Assembly (NCBI RefSeq): GCF_003918875.1
Contig: NW_025767626.1
Span: 124,001 to 188,000 of the forward strand
Direction: 5' to 3'
From: Haliotis rubra
Lineage: Eukaryota
Length of the DNA stretch: 64,000 nucleotides
The stretch's first letter is position 1. Every line of letters begins with the position of its first letter. Below the pieces are notes generated by a model, which made no database searches, had not been told where the DNA came from, and saw nothing but the letters and a program-made list of their open reading frames with translations. Shown piece after piece: positions 12,101-43,847 of the stretch. A program made the translations under genes and the position numbers.

Positions 12101-13397
12101 AGACCTAAACGAAGTTGTCAAGTGATATCTGGAGGCTGGAAGACCTAAACGAAGTTGTCAAGTGATATCTGGAGGCTGGAAGACCTAAACGAAGTTGTCA
12201 AGTGATATCTGGAGGCTGGAAGACCTAAACGAAGTTGTCAAGTGATATCTGGAGGCTGGAAGACCTAAACGAAGATGTCAAGTGACAGCTGTATGCTGGA
12301 AGACCTAAACGAAGTTGTCAAGTAGTGTCTGTATGCTGGAAGGTGAGGTGAGGTGAAATAGGGTTTAACGTCGTGCTTGAGAATATTGGAGGCTAAGACC
12401 TAAACGAGTTGCGATATCTGCATAAACGAAGATGTGTGTGTGGAGGTATGTGTATGTGAATATGCGGCTGCTTGTACTAGCCCAGACTTAAGTTGGTTTT
12501 ATAGTGCTAGCCCACTGAGATACCATGCCGCAGTGAAGCATGAATACCCTACTCAGACACATTATACTGACTCCGAGCCAACCAGTCCTTGTACCCATTA
12601 CTGACGAGAGCCAGGCAGGGACCAACAAGTACCATATTTTAATGTCTTTTGGTGTGACGCGGTCGGGGATCGAACCCGCTACTTTCCGCTCTCCGGGCGG
12701 ATGCTCTAACCACTACACCACAGAGGCGGTCGTATGCTGGAAGACCTAAACGAAGTTGTCAAGTGATATGTGGAGGCTGGAAGATCTAGCATGTCATCTA
12801 ACAACTGAAGGAATTAATTGTATATGACACCAGAATTAAATGTTTAACTTCTTATAAGGACTTTTGTGTAAAAACTCATTTTTCATAACAGGCTTGTTAC
12901 TTTCCTTTAGACTTACCTCTTCGATTCTTTTCTTGACATTTTCTTGATGTCTCTTCCCCTTTTCGTGAAAATCAACACTCTGAAAAATATGGATGCAAAA
13001 TTTTATAAAGATGCCAGCAACATGTTTTTCCAAATAATCAATATAAATCTTTTTAAAGTTGAACTTTAATCACACATTCTACATGCTCTGCATCATTAAG
13101 TACATATCATTTTTGCTTTTCATTTATAGACATTGCTGAAAATCCCACTTGTGAAATATACGGCAACAACAAATTCTGAATCTATTGTTTATTTTGTGAA
13201 TTATGTTCTACTGGATATGTGGTCATGTGCAGCTCTTTCATCAGGGGACCAGTACATTACTACCTAGGAACTTGGTCAGGACAGGTCAGTGAGTCAGTCT
13301 GTGTTGGTACACGTGCACTCACCGGCTTGTTGTCAGTGATCCAGCATTTACAGAAGTCGCAGAATTTGCGCGGGACAGACTTCCAGTAGGTGGCCAT
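6123..13397 (-). CDS. WBP4: WW domain-binding protein 4 (FBP21) homologue: matrin/U1-type zinc finger plus WW domain; 3' exon(s) lie beyond the window start
   Basis: Spliced minus-strand exons with GT-AG sites and consistent phase: 13323-13397 (MATYWKSVPRKFCDFCKCWITDNKP), 12917-12979 (SVDFHEKGKRHQENVKKRIEE), 11809-11880 (VKKKSIEKAQREEEMESDLQKMEK), 9072-9156 (AALEAFRKDLENDP...), 8141-8287 (...EWFEAKSPEGYTYYWSTVTG), 6690(or 6699)-6784 (ESVWETP...), 6123-6367 (...AYGTWETVREAEP). This matches the WBP4 N-terminus (MADYWKSQPKKFCDYCKCWIADN), a WW domain and the PYGxW motif. Confidence 0.93.
7150..8140. repeat. Pyrimidine-rich ~21-bp compound minisatellite (cactcacccccttgacccctt) in a WBP4 intron
   Basis: Visible tandem units starting exactly at the donor (8140). 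On the gene strand each unit reads ...gggg|gtgagtg. Confidence 0.93.
7535..7695 (+). mobile_element. Short tRNA-derived SINE (family A, diverged copy) inserted in the minisatellite
   Basis: Head ggagtagccaagtatgttaaagcg, body gtgaagctcatttct...gatattgctggaataatgctaaaagcggcg and a (cact)n tail. Same family as the copy at 10184-10349. Confidence 0.8.
8288..9045. repeat. 34-bp minisatellite (aatctgacaacacaacccatgttcacacactatc) filling almost a whole WBP4 intron
   Basis: About 21 units. On the gene strand the unit reads ttgtgttgtcag|att, against the real acceptor tgtgttgcag|atg. Confidence 0.95.
9175..11220. repeat. 33-34-bp minisatellite (gatgttcaatcctgtgggtgggagaggagtgtt) in a WBP4 intron
   Basis: Clear tandem periodicity starting ~20 bp from the acceptor at 9157, interrupted by a SINE. 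Confidence 0.96.
10184..10349 (-). mobile_element. Short tRNA-derived SINE (family A) with target-site duplication
   Basis: Reverse complement: gggcggtggtgtagcctagtggttaaagcg (A box)...gggttctattccc (B box)...gatattgctggaatattgctaaaaacggcgtaaaacc plus a (cagt/cagc)n tail. Flanked by caactcct(a/g)tggg on both sides. Confidence 0.9.
11290..11755 (+). mobile_element. Dispersed repeat / SINE-like element with a LINE-type 3' tail
   Basis: 3' end aagcgctttgagca...gctatataaatac...(aat)n. The segment ~11325-11530 recurs in inverted orientation at ~42340-42505. Confidence 0.6.
11995..12785. repeat. 40-bp minisatellite (ggaagacctaaacgaagttgtcaagtgatatctggaggct) interrupted by a SINE
   Basis: Units at ~12000-12340 and 12732-12785. 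On the gene strand the unit contains cgtttag|gtc, like the real acceptor ttttag|gtc at 11880. Confidence 0.9.
12343..12731 (-). mobile_element. Long tRNA-derived SINE (family B, ~370 bp) with target-site duplication
   Basis: Reverse complement begins gcctctgtggtgtagtggttagagc...gggttcgatcccc (pol III A/B boxes). It is highly similar to the copy at 31512-31875. TSD is gtatgctggaag. Confidence 0.92.
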
Positions 13398-15249
13398 GTT
13401 GAGGCAAGCTGCAACAAACATGATTAGTCCATCTGACTGACAACTATTCTGTCTGTAGTCCGCTCGAGGCATCTTTATGAAGTAGATTAAAAATAAAATG
13501 TACTGGAAATGATTGGCAGCATATTTGTGCTTGTAGAATCTAAAACTTTAGGGCAGACTGAAACTATTTCAGTCAAAATATGATTTACTGTTATTAGCTG
13601 AACTTTCTAAATAGATGTGGGAATGGTTTTCTGATCCTACACATAGTATCCCACCTGCTAATGATGGAAAGACAGGATAAGGAATTAGAAAATAAGGAAA
13701 CATACCACCTCAACTTTGATAACAATATTGACATTGACATATGTCATATCATTTTCATGTAAAAAATTAAGAGCTTTTCTTCTTTAGCAATTTAATTTTG
13801 AGACCCTGTAGGATCTGGTTTGGTTTATTATTTCACACGATATTGTTTGGCCGCAGCACAGTTGAAACTAAAGGGAAGATAATTACAGGTGACTGAAAGG
13901 GCAGATAATTACAGGTGACTAGTCACATGTTTTGAAGTTTGTTTCATGGCGACATGCATGGTCGTCAGGTATCAAGTTCGTCTTTTTTCGAGAGCGCATA
14001 TAAAACGGTAAGACAACATATTAACATGAATTGATGTTTGCAATGATTTGGTAATTGTATAAGTTATTGTAAATAAACAAATGAAAACTATGCAGTCCAT
14101 AATAAGTTATGTACTGTTGTAAACATTTAAAGGTCACTGCTGTATGTGAAACTAAGTTAGTTTTGTTTATTGTTACAGTCAAGCTCAACTCAACTCAACT
14201 CAATCAATCTTCTACGGATAAAGATGTGACGTCGCTTTTTCTTAATCATCGTTCGTTCGTTTGTTAGTTATAATAGACCCTTAAGCATGTTAACTGAATA
14301 ATATTTATTATGACAAGGACACAAACAATTCCTCTGTTTCCAACCCTGTATTAGCAACAAAAACAACATCATCATGTAACTAACGCAATGTGAGACATAC
14401 AATGGAAACACATTTATCTCTGTCAAACAGCCACACTCTCTAGTAACAACAACCATGTAGAAAAAGTAGAAATCTGCTTGCTCTATTTATTTCACCAATC
14501 CAACAGATTTACAATACACTTTCATGACTGACTGCCTTTAAAATGTGGGTTTTGTCTTTTAGCTTTTATGATACACATTTTGTCTTGATTGGACAAAATG
14601 ACATCACTCCCTGAGTTGGAGTGATAGGTATATAAGCATTGTGTGAAGAAGAAAACTAGCCACTCCTGATGTAATTGTCAGTTATTTTTAATACGAAAGG
14701 CAAACATATGGCATAATTGAGGAACCAAAAACTGAAGCACCAGCATCTGTTTTGCACAGTTTGTGAACGTTAATTTATACATTGATGCTTCAATTAGATT
14801 GTTCGGTCAAGGTAAGCTATATTCTTTGTGACGAGACTTCATACAAGGGGAAATAGTCTGTCTCAATGTGTGTGCAGTTACTGTTTTTAAGGACTTTTGT
14901 TGATATATGTACTGTTCCAGACATTCCTTTGCGTGTACAATCCAGTGACATATAAGCCTACGCTGTTTGTATGAACATTGGCCATGATTGAGTCCAGGGA
15001 GTCTGTCAATTTTGGTATGACCTGTGTACGTTTCAAGCATGTAATAAAGACAAAACCCATGTGTTATTCAAAATGCCAGCTTTAAAATGTCACCTTATAT
15101 GTGGGTGATCAATGGAGTTTCAATTCACAATCAATGATGATTATCCTTATAATCGCTCAAGTTTACACTGTGACCCATGCTGTCGGAAGTTTACAATGAT
15201 GGGCATGCGTGATAAGGAGCTGGGGATTTCTTCTGACGCTATTTGGGTT

Positions 15250-15579
15250 TGTGGAACTGATTGGTTGGAATGAATCATGCTGACCAATGAGATAGCTAAA
15301 TACTATATATACGCACCGGTTTTGTCACGTGATTACCAGTGTCCGAAATAATATAGTAGAGATAATATGATTGGGTTATACGCAAAATTTGTGCCAGGTT
15401 CCGTAAATTCAACCAATAGAAATTTATTTTGGATGTTATGCAGATTTTACGTGCGCAGGCGTAATGAGGTGGCCTTTGTTGTCCCTGAAAATCTGGGCAC
15501 CACGACGATGGTTTTAGAGACAGAAGTGTCATTGCATTAGAACTAATTAGCTGTCAACGAGTTTACATGTGTGTGCAAG

Positions 15580-15582
<3 letters not shown>
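15250..15582 (+). promoter_or_regulatory. Probable MBTD1 core promoter in the divergent WBP4/MBTD1 intergenic region
   Basis: Clustered CCAAT boxes (~15259, 15283, 15370, 15412), E-box gtcacgtga (15324-15332), NRF1-like tgcgcaggcgta (15452-15463) and caagATG|gtatgt at 15576-15588. Confidence 0.6.
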
Positions 15583-35423
<19,841 letters not shown>

Positions 35424-36296
35424 TTCCTGATGCAAAATGAGGATGCATTTGTTGTTGGCGAACAAATGTGAAAGTGTGACCCTAAGCTGTGCCCATCTGT
35501 GATTCCACCACAGCAAGTCATCTCACATAATACATTACTGTACATATGTCGGAGAATCATCTCATTCATAATATCATAGAATCATGATAGCAAATGAGTC
35601 AGTTCCCTGTCTTGTTTCATCTATGTCTCACTGAATCAAGATCACTCTGGACATGTTTCGAATGTCAAGGGTCTCGGTATGAGGCCGACCTGCAGAAAGT
35701 CAGCCAATCAACAGTACTATGCAGGAAGATCCTACAGAAGATCACTTGTCTCTATCCATGTGTGAAGAGGACAGGACCATAGTAACTGTCCTTTCAAATC
35801 TAACGATGGTTACAAATTACTGATGTATTCCTCTCCACAAAGTTTACCGAACCCAAGTCAACAGGCCTCAGGAGACCACCAGTAGCATATGAAGGAAGTG
35901 CAGATGTCGTATGCCACATACACTGTTGTGGACTGCCCACCATGCTGGCTTACTTCATGCATTGACAGAATAATCAGTGCCAGGATGTCAAGATTACCCG
36001 CGATATGAATTACATTTTCTTCAAGAATATTTTATGCCCATCTTTGAAGCTGTGTTGATGGACATTCTGCTGCTGCTGAAGCAGGCTGTGGGAGTACAGT
36101 CGTCGTCGTCGTCGTCATGACAGGATGGAGAGAAGCTGCGGTGTCTTGTCATACATAGCAGATCTGTCTCAGTGATTCAGTATTTTTCCTCAGTCACTTG
36201 TTGTTAACAGGGCGGTGGTCACCATGGCAACAAACCAAGGCATGTGCTGAAACGCATTGTGTGAATCTGACACGTGTTGTGAAGAGTGTCGGATGA

Positions 36297-36784
36297 CAGA
36301 GCTCCAGATAAGATTTAGCTCATGTGGGTACTGTACCCACTGTATTTTTTTGGAGTGGGTATTATGAATGTTGAATGGGTATTTCATTTTCCGTTACCCA
36401 CTGCTTTCAAATATGTGCGTATTTCAGTCATTTTACTCACATAAGTATTTTGTCATTGAGTAAGTTTACTAAGCAGGTATGTTCTGCCTCATGTCATACC
36501 TAATCAAAACCAACTTAAATATAATGGAAATGATTCATAAAAAACTCATCCTATACTGACAGTACAACACTTGTCCTATACTAAGAGTACAACTTGATAG
36601 CAATCGAGGTCTTTTTCATTACGCAAGCAATTTTTCTAAATATATTCCGTACGCATTTGTTTTAAACTTGTTGCGTATCAAACATTTAAAATGCGTAATT
36701 TGTACGCAACAATTATTTTTCAATGCGTAATTGGAAATTTTCTATGCGTATTTTACCCGGATACGCAGCTTATCTGGGCATCTG
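36297..36784. mobile_element. Putative MITE with CAG...CTG termini and a 5-bp TSD, in the probable MBTD1 3' UTR
   Basis: Imperfect TIR cagagctccagataag / cttatctgggcatctg, flanked by gatga on both sides, with subterminal tacgca/tgcgta motifs. Confidence 0.6.
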
Positions 36785-38074
36785 GATGACCAATTCAGAT
36801 CGACCATCTGTCCTCAACTAGATGCCTCTGTAAGATCGGACATATGTATGCGAGGCATCGTTCTTGTTGATATTGTGTTCATTTTAGAAAATACCCCACC
36901 CTTAACTTAGAAAACAAATACTTTTTGTATAATTGGAATAATCATGAAATGGTTAGGTACTTTGTTTCCTTAATGAGTGAAGTGTTTGTGCTATCTATTC
37001 AAATGGTCAAATTACATTAGCCATGAACTGTACAATGTCTGTCTCATCAAGCATGGATGTTTTGATGGTGGATGCGTTCTAGGAATGTAAATATGTTACA
37101 TGAATACTGGGTGAGTTTAAAGCATTTATTTATTTGTTGGTTTTTTTTTTATCCTCTGATGAGAGACTTTGCAGTTAAGGGCAAGAAAGGGAACAAGTGG
37201 TGTTTCTTATAAGTGCTAACAACAAGTGTGTGGATTGTTTGCTCCTAAGTGCTATCTGCAGGGTCCAGCTTGTTTGTTTATTCATGTAAAAACAGTAGCA
37301 AAACTGGCTGCGATGATGTGCAGAACTGGTATTTCATCCCGGCCAGGGTAACATTGGGTCTACATGATGGATCAAGCTGGCAGGGCCACAACTCCTCCAC
37401 ATTAGTTTGCTAGTACTGGTTGCAGGACGTGGATTCAGATCTTATTGTCATCCCCAGTCCATCCCTCCTTTCTACTCTTGCATTTTGTGATTTTTGTAAA
37501 TCGTTTTCTTCAGGCTCCCTGGGATAAAAGTAACTCATCCATGTAAATGGTGAGGTAAAAAGTTTACGTTTGTGCAGTTGGTCTGTTTGTTTTATTGGTT
37601 AGGAAACAAAGATGTCAGTTGTGTAAAGTGCTGAATTTCCTGCTCCAAGCTGCACCTCGCCTAGATGCCGCTTGAGTTCTCTCATCTTATTTTAGATAAA
37701 ATCCTGTAAATACGTTGCGGACTGAAGAGGAAGTAGGAAAGTGAGTGAGTGAGTGGAGGGATACCAGTCTGTTCTTTGGGCAAGTCAACAACCTGGATTG
37801 TATAATCAACACAACAATTGCCATGATTTTGAATTCATTTGCAGTGGTGGGAATGAACCCGATTTGTTCACCAGCCATGACACATAGCTTGATCCACAAT
37901 GGAAGATACGACACATACTCAGGATCATCAGACAAATTCTGACTTCTTTTGGGAACTGAGTTTTTGCTTTGCAATCGCTCTGATTACTTCAAACAAGAAT
38001 TGTTATGCAATGTCAAGTTGTTGGAGGGAACATTACTAGCAATACTGTCATGTGCAGAAACAACCCCCAACCAA

Positions 38075-38785
38075 CCTATGTCTTGACCATTGACATGTTG
38101 CCCGAGAAATCAGCTGATGTCTTGACAATTGACATGTTGCCCGATAAATCAGCTGATGTCTTGACCATTGACATGTTGCCCGAGAAATCAGCTGATGTCT
38201 TGACCATTGACATGTTGCCCGAGAAATCAGCTGATGTCTTGACCATTGACATGTTGCCCGAGAAATCAGCTGATGTCTTGACCATTGACATGTTGCCCGA
38301 GAAATCAGCTGATGTCTTGACCATTGACATGTTGCCCGAGAAATCAGCTGATGTCTTGACCATTGACATGTTGTCTGAGAAATCAGCTGATGTCTTGACC
38401 ATTGACATGTTGCCCGAGAAATCAGCTGATGTCTTGACCATTGACATGTTGCCCGAGAAATCAGCTGATGTCTTGACCATTGACATGTTGTCCGGGAAAT
38501 CAGCTGATGTCTTGACCATTGACATGTTGCCCGAGAAATCAGCTGATGTCTTGACAATTGACATGTTGTCTGAGAAATCAGCTGATGTCTTGACCATTGA
38601 CATGTTGCCGAGAAATCAGCTGATGTCTTGACCATTGACATGTTGTCCGAGAAATCAGCTGATGTCTTGACCATTGACATGTTGTCCGGGAAATCAGCTG
38701 ATGTCTTGACCATTGACATGTTGTCTGAGAAATCAGCTGATGTCTTGACCATTGACATGTCCACCGAGAAATCAGCTTATGTCTT
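38075..38785. repeat. 39-bp minisatellite (atgtcttgaccattgacatgttgcccgagaaatcagctg)
   Basis: About 18 near-perfect units. Confidence 0.97.
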
Positions 38786-38989
38786 CATGAAGAAAATGTC
38801 AGTCACCAGTGAACATCAAGTGAAATGTGGGCAAGTCTGCAGCCAGTGTTATGCTATGTTGTGTGGAAGAGTATTTGTGTTGAGATTTTCAAATATTTTA
38901 AGCATGATCCCTTTGAGGAGTAAAAAACAATGTTATGACTGATAAAATCTATGTGAGTGAGTCATTTCACTTTCACAATCTGGTTTAGT

Positions 38990-39700
38990 GAGAGGCCTGC
39001 CAGCACAGGCTTTTTCAGTCAAGGAGACCAAAGAGCACAGGCTTATTCAGACATGTACGCCCGGCACCACGCCAAGCACCACAGGCTTCTTCAGCCAAGG
39101 AGGCCAGGCAGCACAGGCTTATTCAGCCAAGGAGGCCAGGCAGCACAGGCTTATTCAGCCATGTAGGCCAGGCAGCACAGGCTTCATCAGCCAAGGAGGC
39201 CAGGCAGCACAGGCTTCATCAGCCAAGGAGGCCAGGCAGCACAGGCTTATTCAGACATGTAGGCCAGGCAGCACAGGCTTCTTCAGCCAAGGAGGCCAGG
39301 CAGCACAGGCTTCATCAGCCAAGGAGGCCAGGCAGCACAGGCTTCATCAGCCAAGGAGGCCAGGCAGCACAGGCTTCATCAGCCAAGGAGGCCAGGCAGC
39401 ACAGGCTTCATCAGCCAAGGAGGCCAGGCAGCACAGGCTTCATCAGCCAAGGAGGCCAGGCAGCACAGGCTTCATCAGCCAAGGAGGCCAGGCAGCACAG
39501 GCTTCATCAGCCAAGGAGGCCAGGCAGCACAGGCTTCATCAGCCAAGGAGGCCAGGCAGCACAGGCTTCATCAGCCAAGGAGGCCAGGCAGCACAGGCTT
39601 CATCAGCCAAGGAGGCCAGGCAGCACAGGCTTCATCAGCCAAGGAGGCCAGGCAGCACAGGCTTCATCAGCCAAGGAGGCCAGGCAGCACAGGCTTCTTC
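38990..39700. repeat. 32-bp minisatellite (cagccaaggaggccaggcagcacaggcttcat)
   Basis: About 22 units, homogeneous at the right end and diverged at the left. Confidence 0.97.
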
Positions 39701-42339
39701 ACGGTCATCTGTCCTCATTTGCCATGTGTAGGGAGTTGTCTCAGTGATCACTTGGAAATGACTCCTGCCATGTTTCCATGGTAACAGGGCACATCTCTTG
39801 ACAGAATATACTTTGTTTTCACAAGTCATGTATTGTCTCCACTGAAATGTTTTGGTGTGGAACATAACTTCTCACTTGATGAACTGTCACTCTGTGGTGT
39901 TTATCGAGCTGTTTGTTGTTTTGGTTGTGAAGTCTGCCTACGTAGTGCAAGTGTGTATGCAGACTGTGTAAGAGATATAGAAACTCCGTTATAACTGCCC
40001 TAGCTTATGTCCCAGAAGTCAGGATTCCATCTTGTGTCTTTTGATTGCTGTCAGACTGTGATCAGTTCAACATCAGGAGTTATTGACTTGAGTCACATTT
40101 CTTAATTTTCAGTTTCTTTCCATACAAATATTTATCAAAACAGCAGATGAATAGGTTGTAAACACAATGACAGGTTGTTTTAGAATGCTTCAATCATTAT
40201 GACAATAGAACTCCAAATGTTTTCTCTATATCTGCAACATGAGATTTTGTAAGTCAACACATCGCCTTGTCATTGACAAGGTTCGATGTATATTTAATTA
40301 TGCCATCATATTGATCACATTGATGTGGTTCTATGTGTAATTCATCATCTCGATCACACTGACAAGGTTCTATGTAATTGGTCACTTTGATCACTTTGAC
40401 AAGATAAATACATCACATTGATCACGACAAGGTTTTTTGTGTAAAATGTCCGCACCCTGATCCTGATGACAGGGTTCCATGCTGTTTTGTATTGGTTGTA
40501 CAGACAACAGATTGTAAACTGGTTACGTTGAAGGATTCTGTTCTTGTTGATGCCCCGTTCCACTACGCTGTCAGTGAGAGGACTGTCATTAGCCTGTGTT
40601 CAAGTAATGGAGTAGTGATACTCACCTAGCTACCAGTTATACCAGGACTCTTGTATTGGGGGGGTGTTGTTATGGACACTCGACTGAAGTAACACAAGTT
40701 ATGTGAAACTTGTCCTGTTGGGAGTTCAATATCGGAGTATCTCGGAGGTGATTTAACAAAAGTTATTCAATATACGAAACCTGGAAATAGGTTTGAGTAA
40801 ACTTGGTTTTAAAAGGCCTAAAGCTTTTCACCTCTGTTGATGATGCCACAGAGTGAAATAGTGAATATCATGAATAGTTACCGGTGCTGAGCATGAATAA
40901 TTACACCGTCATGAATTGTGTCCATAAACCTATTAAGAACACTGCCTGTTTTCTACTAATCTGAAGTTGTGTTATTATTGCAGATATCTGCCTTTGTTCA
41001 ATGAGGGCCAAGCTTTAAACTAATCATCTCCGATTCTCCAGTGCACTGTATTTCCATTTTGACATGACAGATACCTTAGACTTGTTCAGTGCAATAACGA
41101 CATCTCCATTACTTGATATGAACATTTCTCTCTCCAAGTCGAAAGTATTTTGATTGGATGGCATGACATAAAGAACCATTGTTGTAGTAATGATGCATGC
41201 TGGGTATTAACGAAATACAGTATATTGGATAATCAAGAGCGTTCACTGACATGAACAGCATGATAACTGTGGTTCAAGGCCAAGTGTTGCTAGCATGTCC
41301 ATGAACCTGTTGCAGACAATTTGTTACGTCACCCCATGTTTTCCAATATATCTGTTGTTTCTATCCATTGTTTCTGTCAGTTAACCTCAACCTGACATAC
41401 TTAATGGTCTGGCCAAGAATGCTTACAGCCATCACAACTACCAACAGTCTACCTCTGCCTTGACTATTTCAGTGAAATTTGGTTATTCGTACTTTATGTT
41501 CGTGTGTTACTTAAAAATGGTTTTACCAAGCAGAATCTTCATCTAATTTTAGCATTTTGCAGAACTACATATAACAATACCTGCCCTGGATTGTCTGCTT
41601 ACAACTTACATCAGCCTGGAAGTAATTAGTGTTGGAATATTGCTGATCGTGACATTAAGCATATCACGGAAACGCTTGGAATCTAATCCTGTTTCCCTGA
41701 GGGGAAACTGGGAAATACAATTGTGTTAGGTTTTTGACACATAAGAAATACTTCCTGGAAAAAAACGTATTTGCAGACACAATTTTGGTTCCCCCTTGCT
41801 GGCATCTTAAAGCAGCAAACATATTTTCTGCCTGGATTCCCCTGTATAATATGCTTTCTATGTAAGGAACTGTAGAGCAGTGATGCGATGGCACAGGGCG
41901 TTAAGTATGTCCGGTATGGCGCTGGTTCATCTTACTACTCCTGAGAGCACCTGTCTGTGCTACTGGCTCTCTTACGGCAATAAAATTGGGGCATTTTATA
42001 TGTTTGTACTTGGTTGTACAAGGGATGGTACTTTTGTTGTGACCGATGGTGAAACACCATCGTCCAGACAGGAAGGGCAGCAACTACATAGGACACATCT
42101 TTATTTATCAGATTAAACAATCATTATTACAATGTCTGTGTTGTGTCTTCATCAGTGACAAGCCAGTTCAACATCACAGGAATTTAGCTACATGTTGTGC
42201 TGGGTGGGGAATGACAACACACCAAAGTATAGGGCAGATCATGGAACAGCGATGGAGGCACCATATAACTAGGATATTGGTTTCTATGGTAACATTTACG
42301 GTAAAGTTTGCATATATGTGTCCCCAGAAGGGGATCACG

Positions 42340-42510
42340 GCTATTGGGACAGTAGTCACAGTACTTTGTCCAAGTTTACTGTATGTTGCTGTACCCTCAA
42401 CTAGGTGTTTGCACGTATTCATGTGGCCACCATCTGGTCATACCAACAGATTCATGGGTTGTGATAACACTGAAAGAGTCCACACAAAGTTGACTCCAAG
42501 GTCTTGGCCA
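42340..42510 (-). repeat. Dispersed repeat fragment homologous to ~11325-11530
   Basis: ctttgtccaagt...actaggtgtttgca.gtattcatgtggccaccatctggtca...cacaaagttgactccaagg is the reverse complement of the earlier segment. Confidence 0.75.
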
Positions 42511-43847
42511 GCTCGCCCACCCTGCCCCTGTATCATGCAGTTGCTATGCTTGAGGGTCAGGACAGTGTCCAAGCTTCTGATGACCTTTTTGTGAATTTTG
42601 GTACCTGTAAATTTCCATGTAGTTTCATGCAATTTTCCGTGTCACCGTAAACAGGACAACTGCATGAGCTGCTTTTACGTGGCCATCCCACCAGGTAAAC
42701 GTATTGCTGCTGGGTGACCAGGGGATTCTCTTTGAACAAAATCATGAGGCAAGCAGCTTGTATAAATTTAAGGCCATAGAAACTCAACCTGACAAATATT
42801 CGTCCACCTACTCTCACTGATCAACATGCTGATTTGTTTGTATACAGCGTCATGTGCAGATTGCCTAATTCACCGCCATCACTCTGATCAGTCACATCAC
42901 CGCAAGCCTTTGACCACAATGGGATCAACCTACAACCTCTATAAACATGGCAAGGCTGGGACTAACACTGTTACTGGTTGTCAAAGCCAAATCTGCATAC
43001 AAGACCGGAACCCCTATCCTTTGTATCACAGTAATAAGACAGAAAACAAGATGTGTTACAATGATACATGTTTAATGACAACCAGTGATATTGACATTTA
43101 GGAGACAATGAATTCTACTGTATCTTTGATTTGGATGGCCAGTCGCCAGGTGATTGGTAACATTCAATTATTGGCATTAACAAGTTGTGGAGACAGTCAA
43201 TGGTATTGTAACTGAAAAGTCAACCAGACTGAAACAAATGTCAACTTAGGGAGAAGTGACGATCTGGCAGTCTTGGTACTACACACGGATACAGTTTGGC
43301 TACACTTGAACCCAGGGTGGAACGAATGCAAACAAACGTACATGAAATACTTGATGCCGAACAATGAACATATCAGGGTTGGAAATTAACCATGTTACAA
43401 GTAATTAGATTGTGAAACAAAATTTCCCTGAAACTATCATAAAATAAGTCCAATCTAAAACACCTTGTTTGTTGAATGCAGTAGTAATACAATGGAAACT
43501 GACAATGTCTCATTTGGCCAGTGATAATGAAATTGATAAATGAAGTGCAGCATAAGTCTTTACTTGCTGTAATTTCGAACCCTGATGAACAACGCGAAAT
43601 CGCTTTACATGATGCAAAGATAAATAGTACGACTATCACCCTGCCCGGAAACCCCTGCAATGACAAAACATGATACACATGACTAAGAGTAGAAGACGAT
43701 GACAAACTGTACAAAAAATGAATAGAGTGGATCTATTCAACCTTTCTGAGGGCTGGTATCCATTGCGGATGCGTTCAGTCTTTCACCGTTTTCACTTCAC
43801 ATGGTCCGCAAACACCCTTTGAATGGTAATCACATGACTCGAGTCAA

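Noticed and set aside
10184-12731. tRNA genes at the SINE heads (also 31512 and 33715)
   Set aside because: A/B boxes are present but there is no intact cloverleaf. They are followed by SINE body, tail and TSD.
13260-13472. Upstream ATG extension of WBP4 (MPRADYRQ...)
   Set aside because: The homologous start is MATYWKS at 13397, and an acceptor at 13409-13420 indicates the upstream part is intronic.
38005-39731. Repetitive ORFs (DVLTIDMLPEKSA)n and the Gln/Ala-rich ORF
   Set aside because: Pure tandem repeats with little synonymous variation, a frameshift, and no flanking splice or gene structure.
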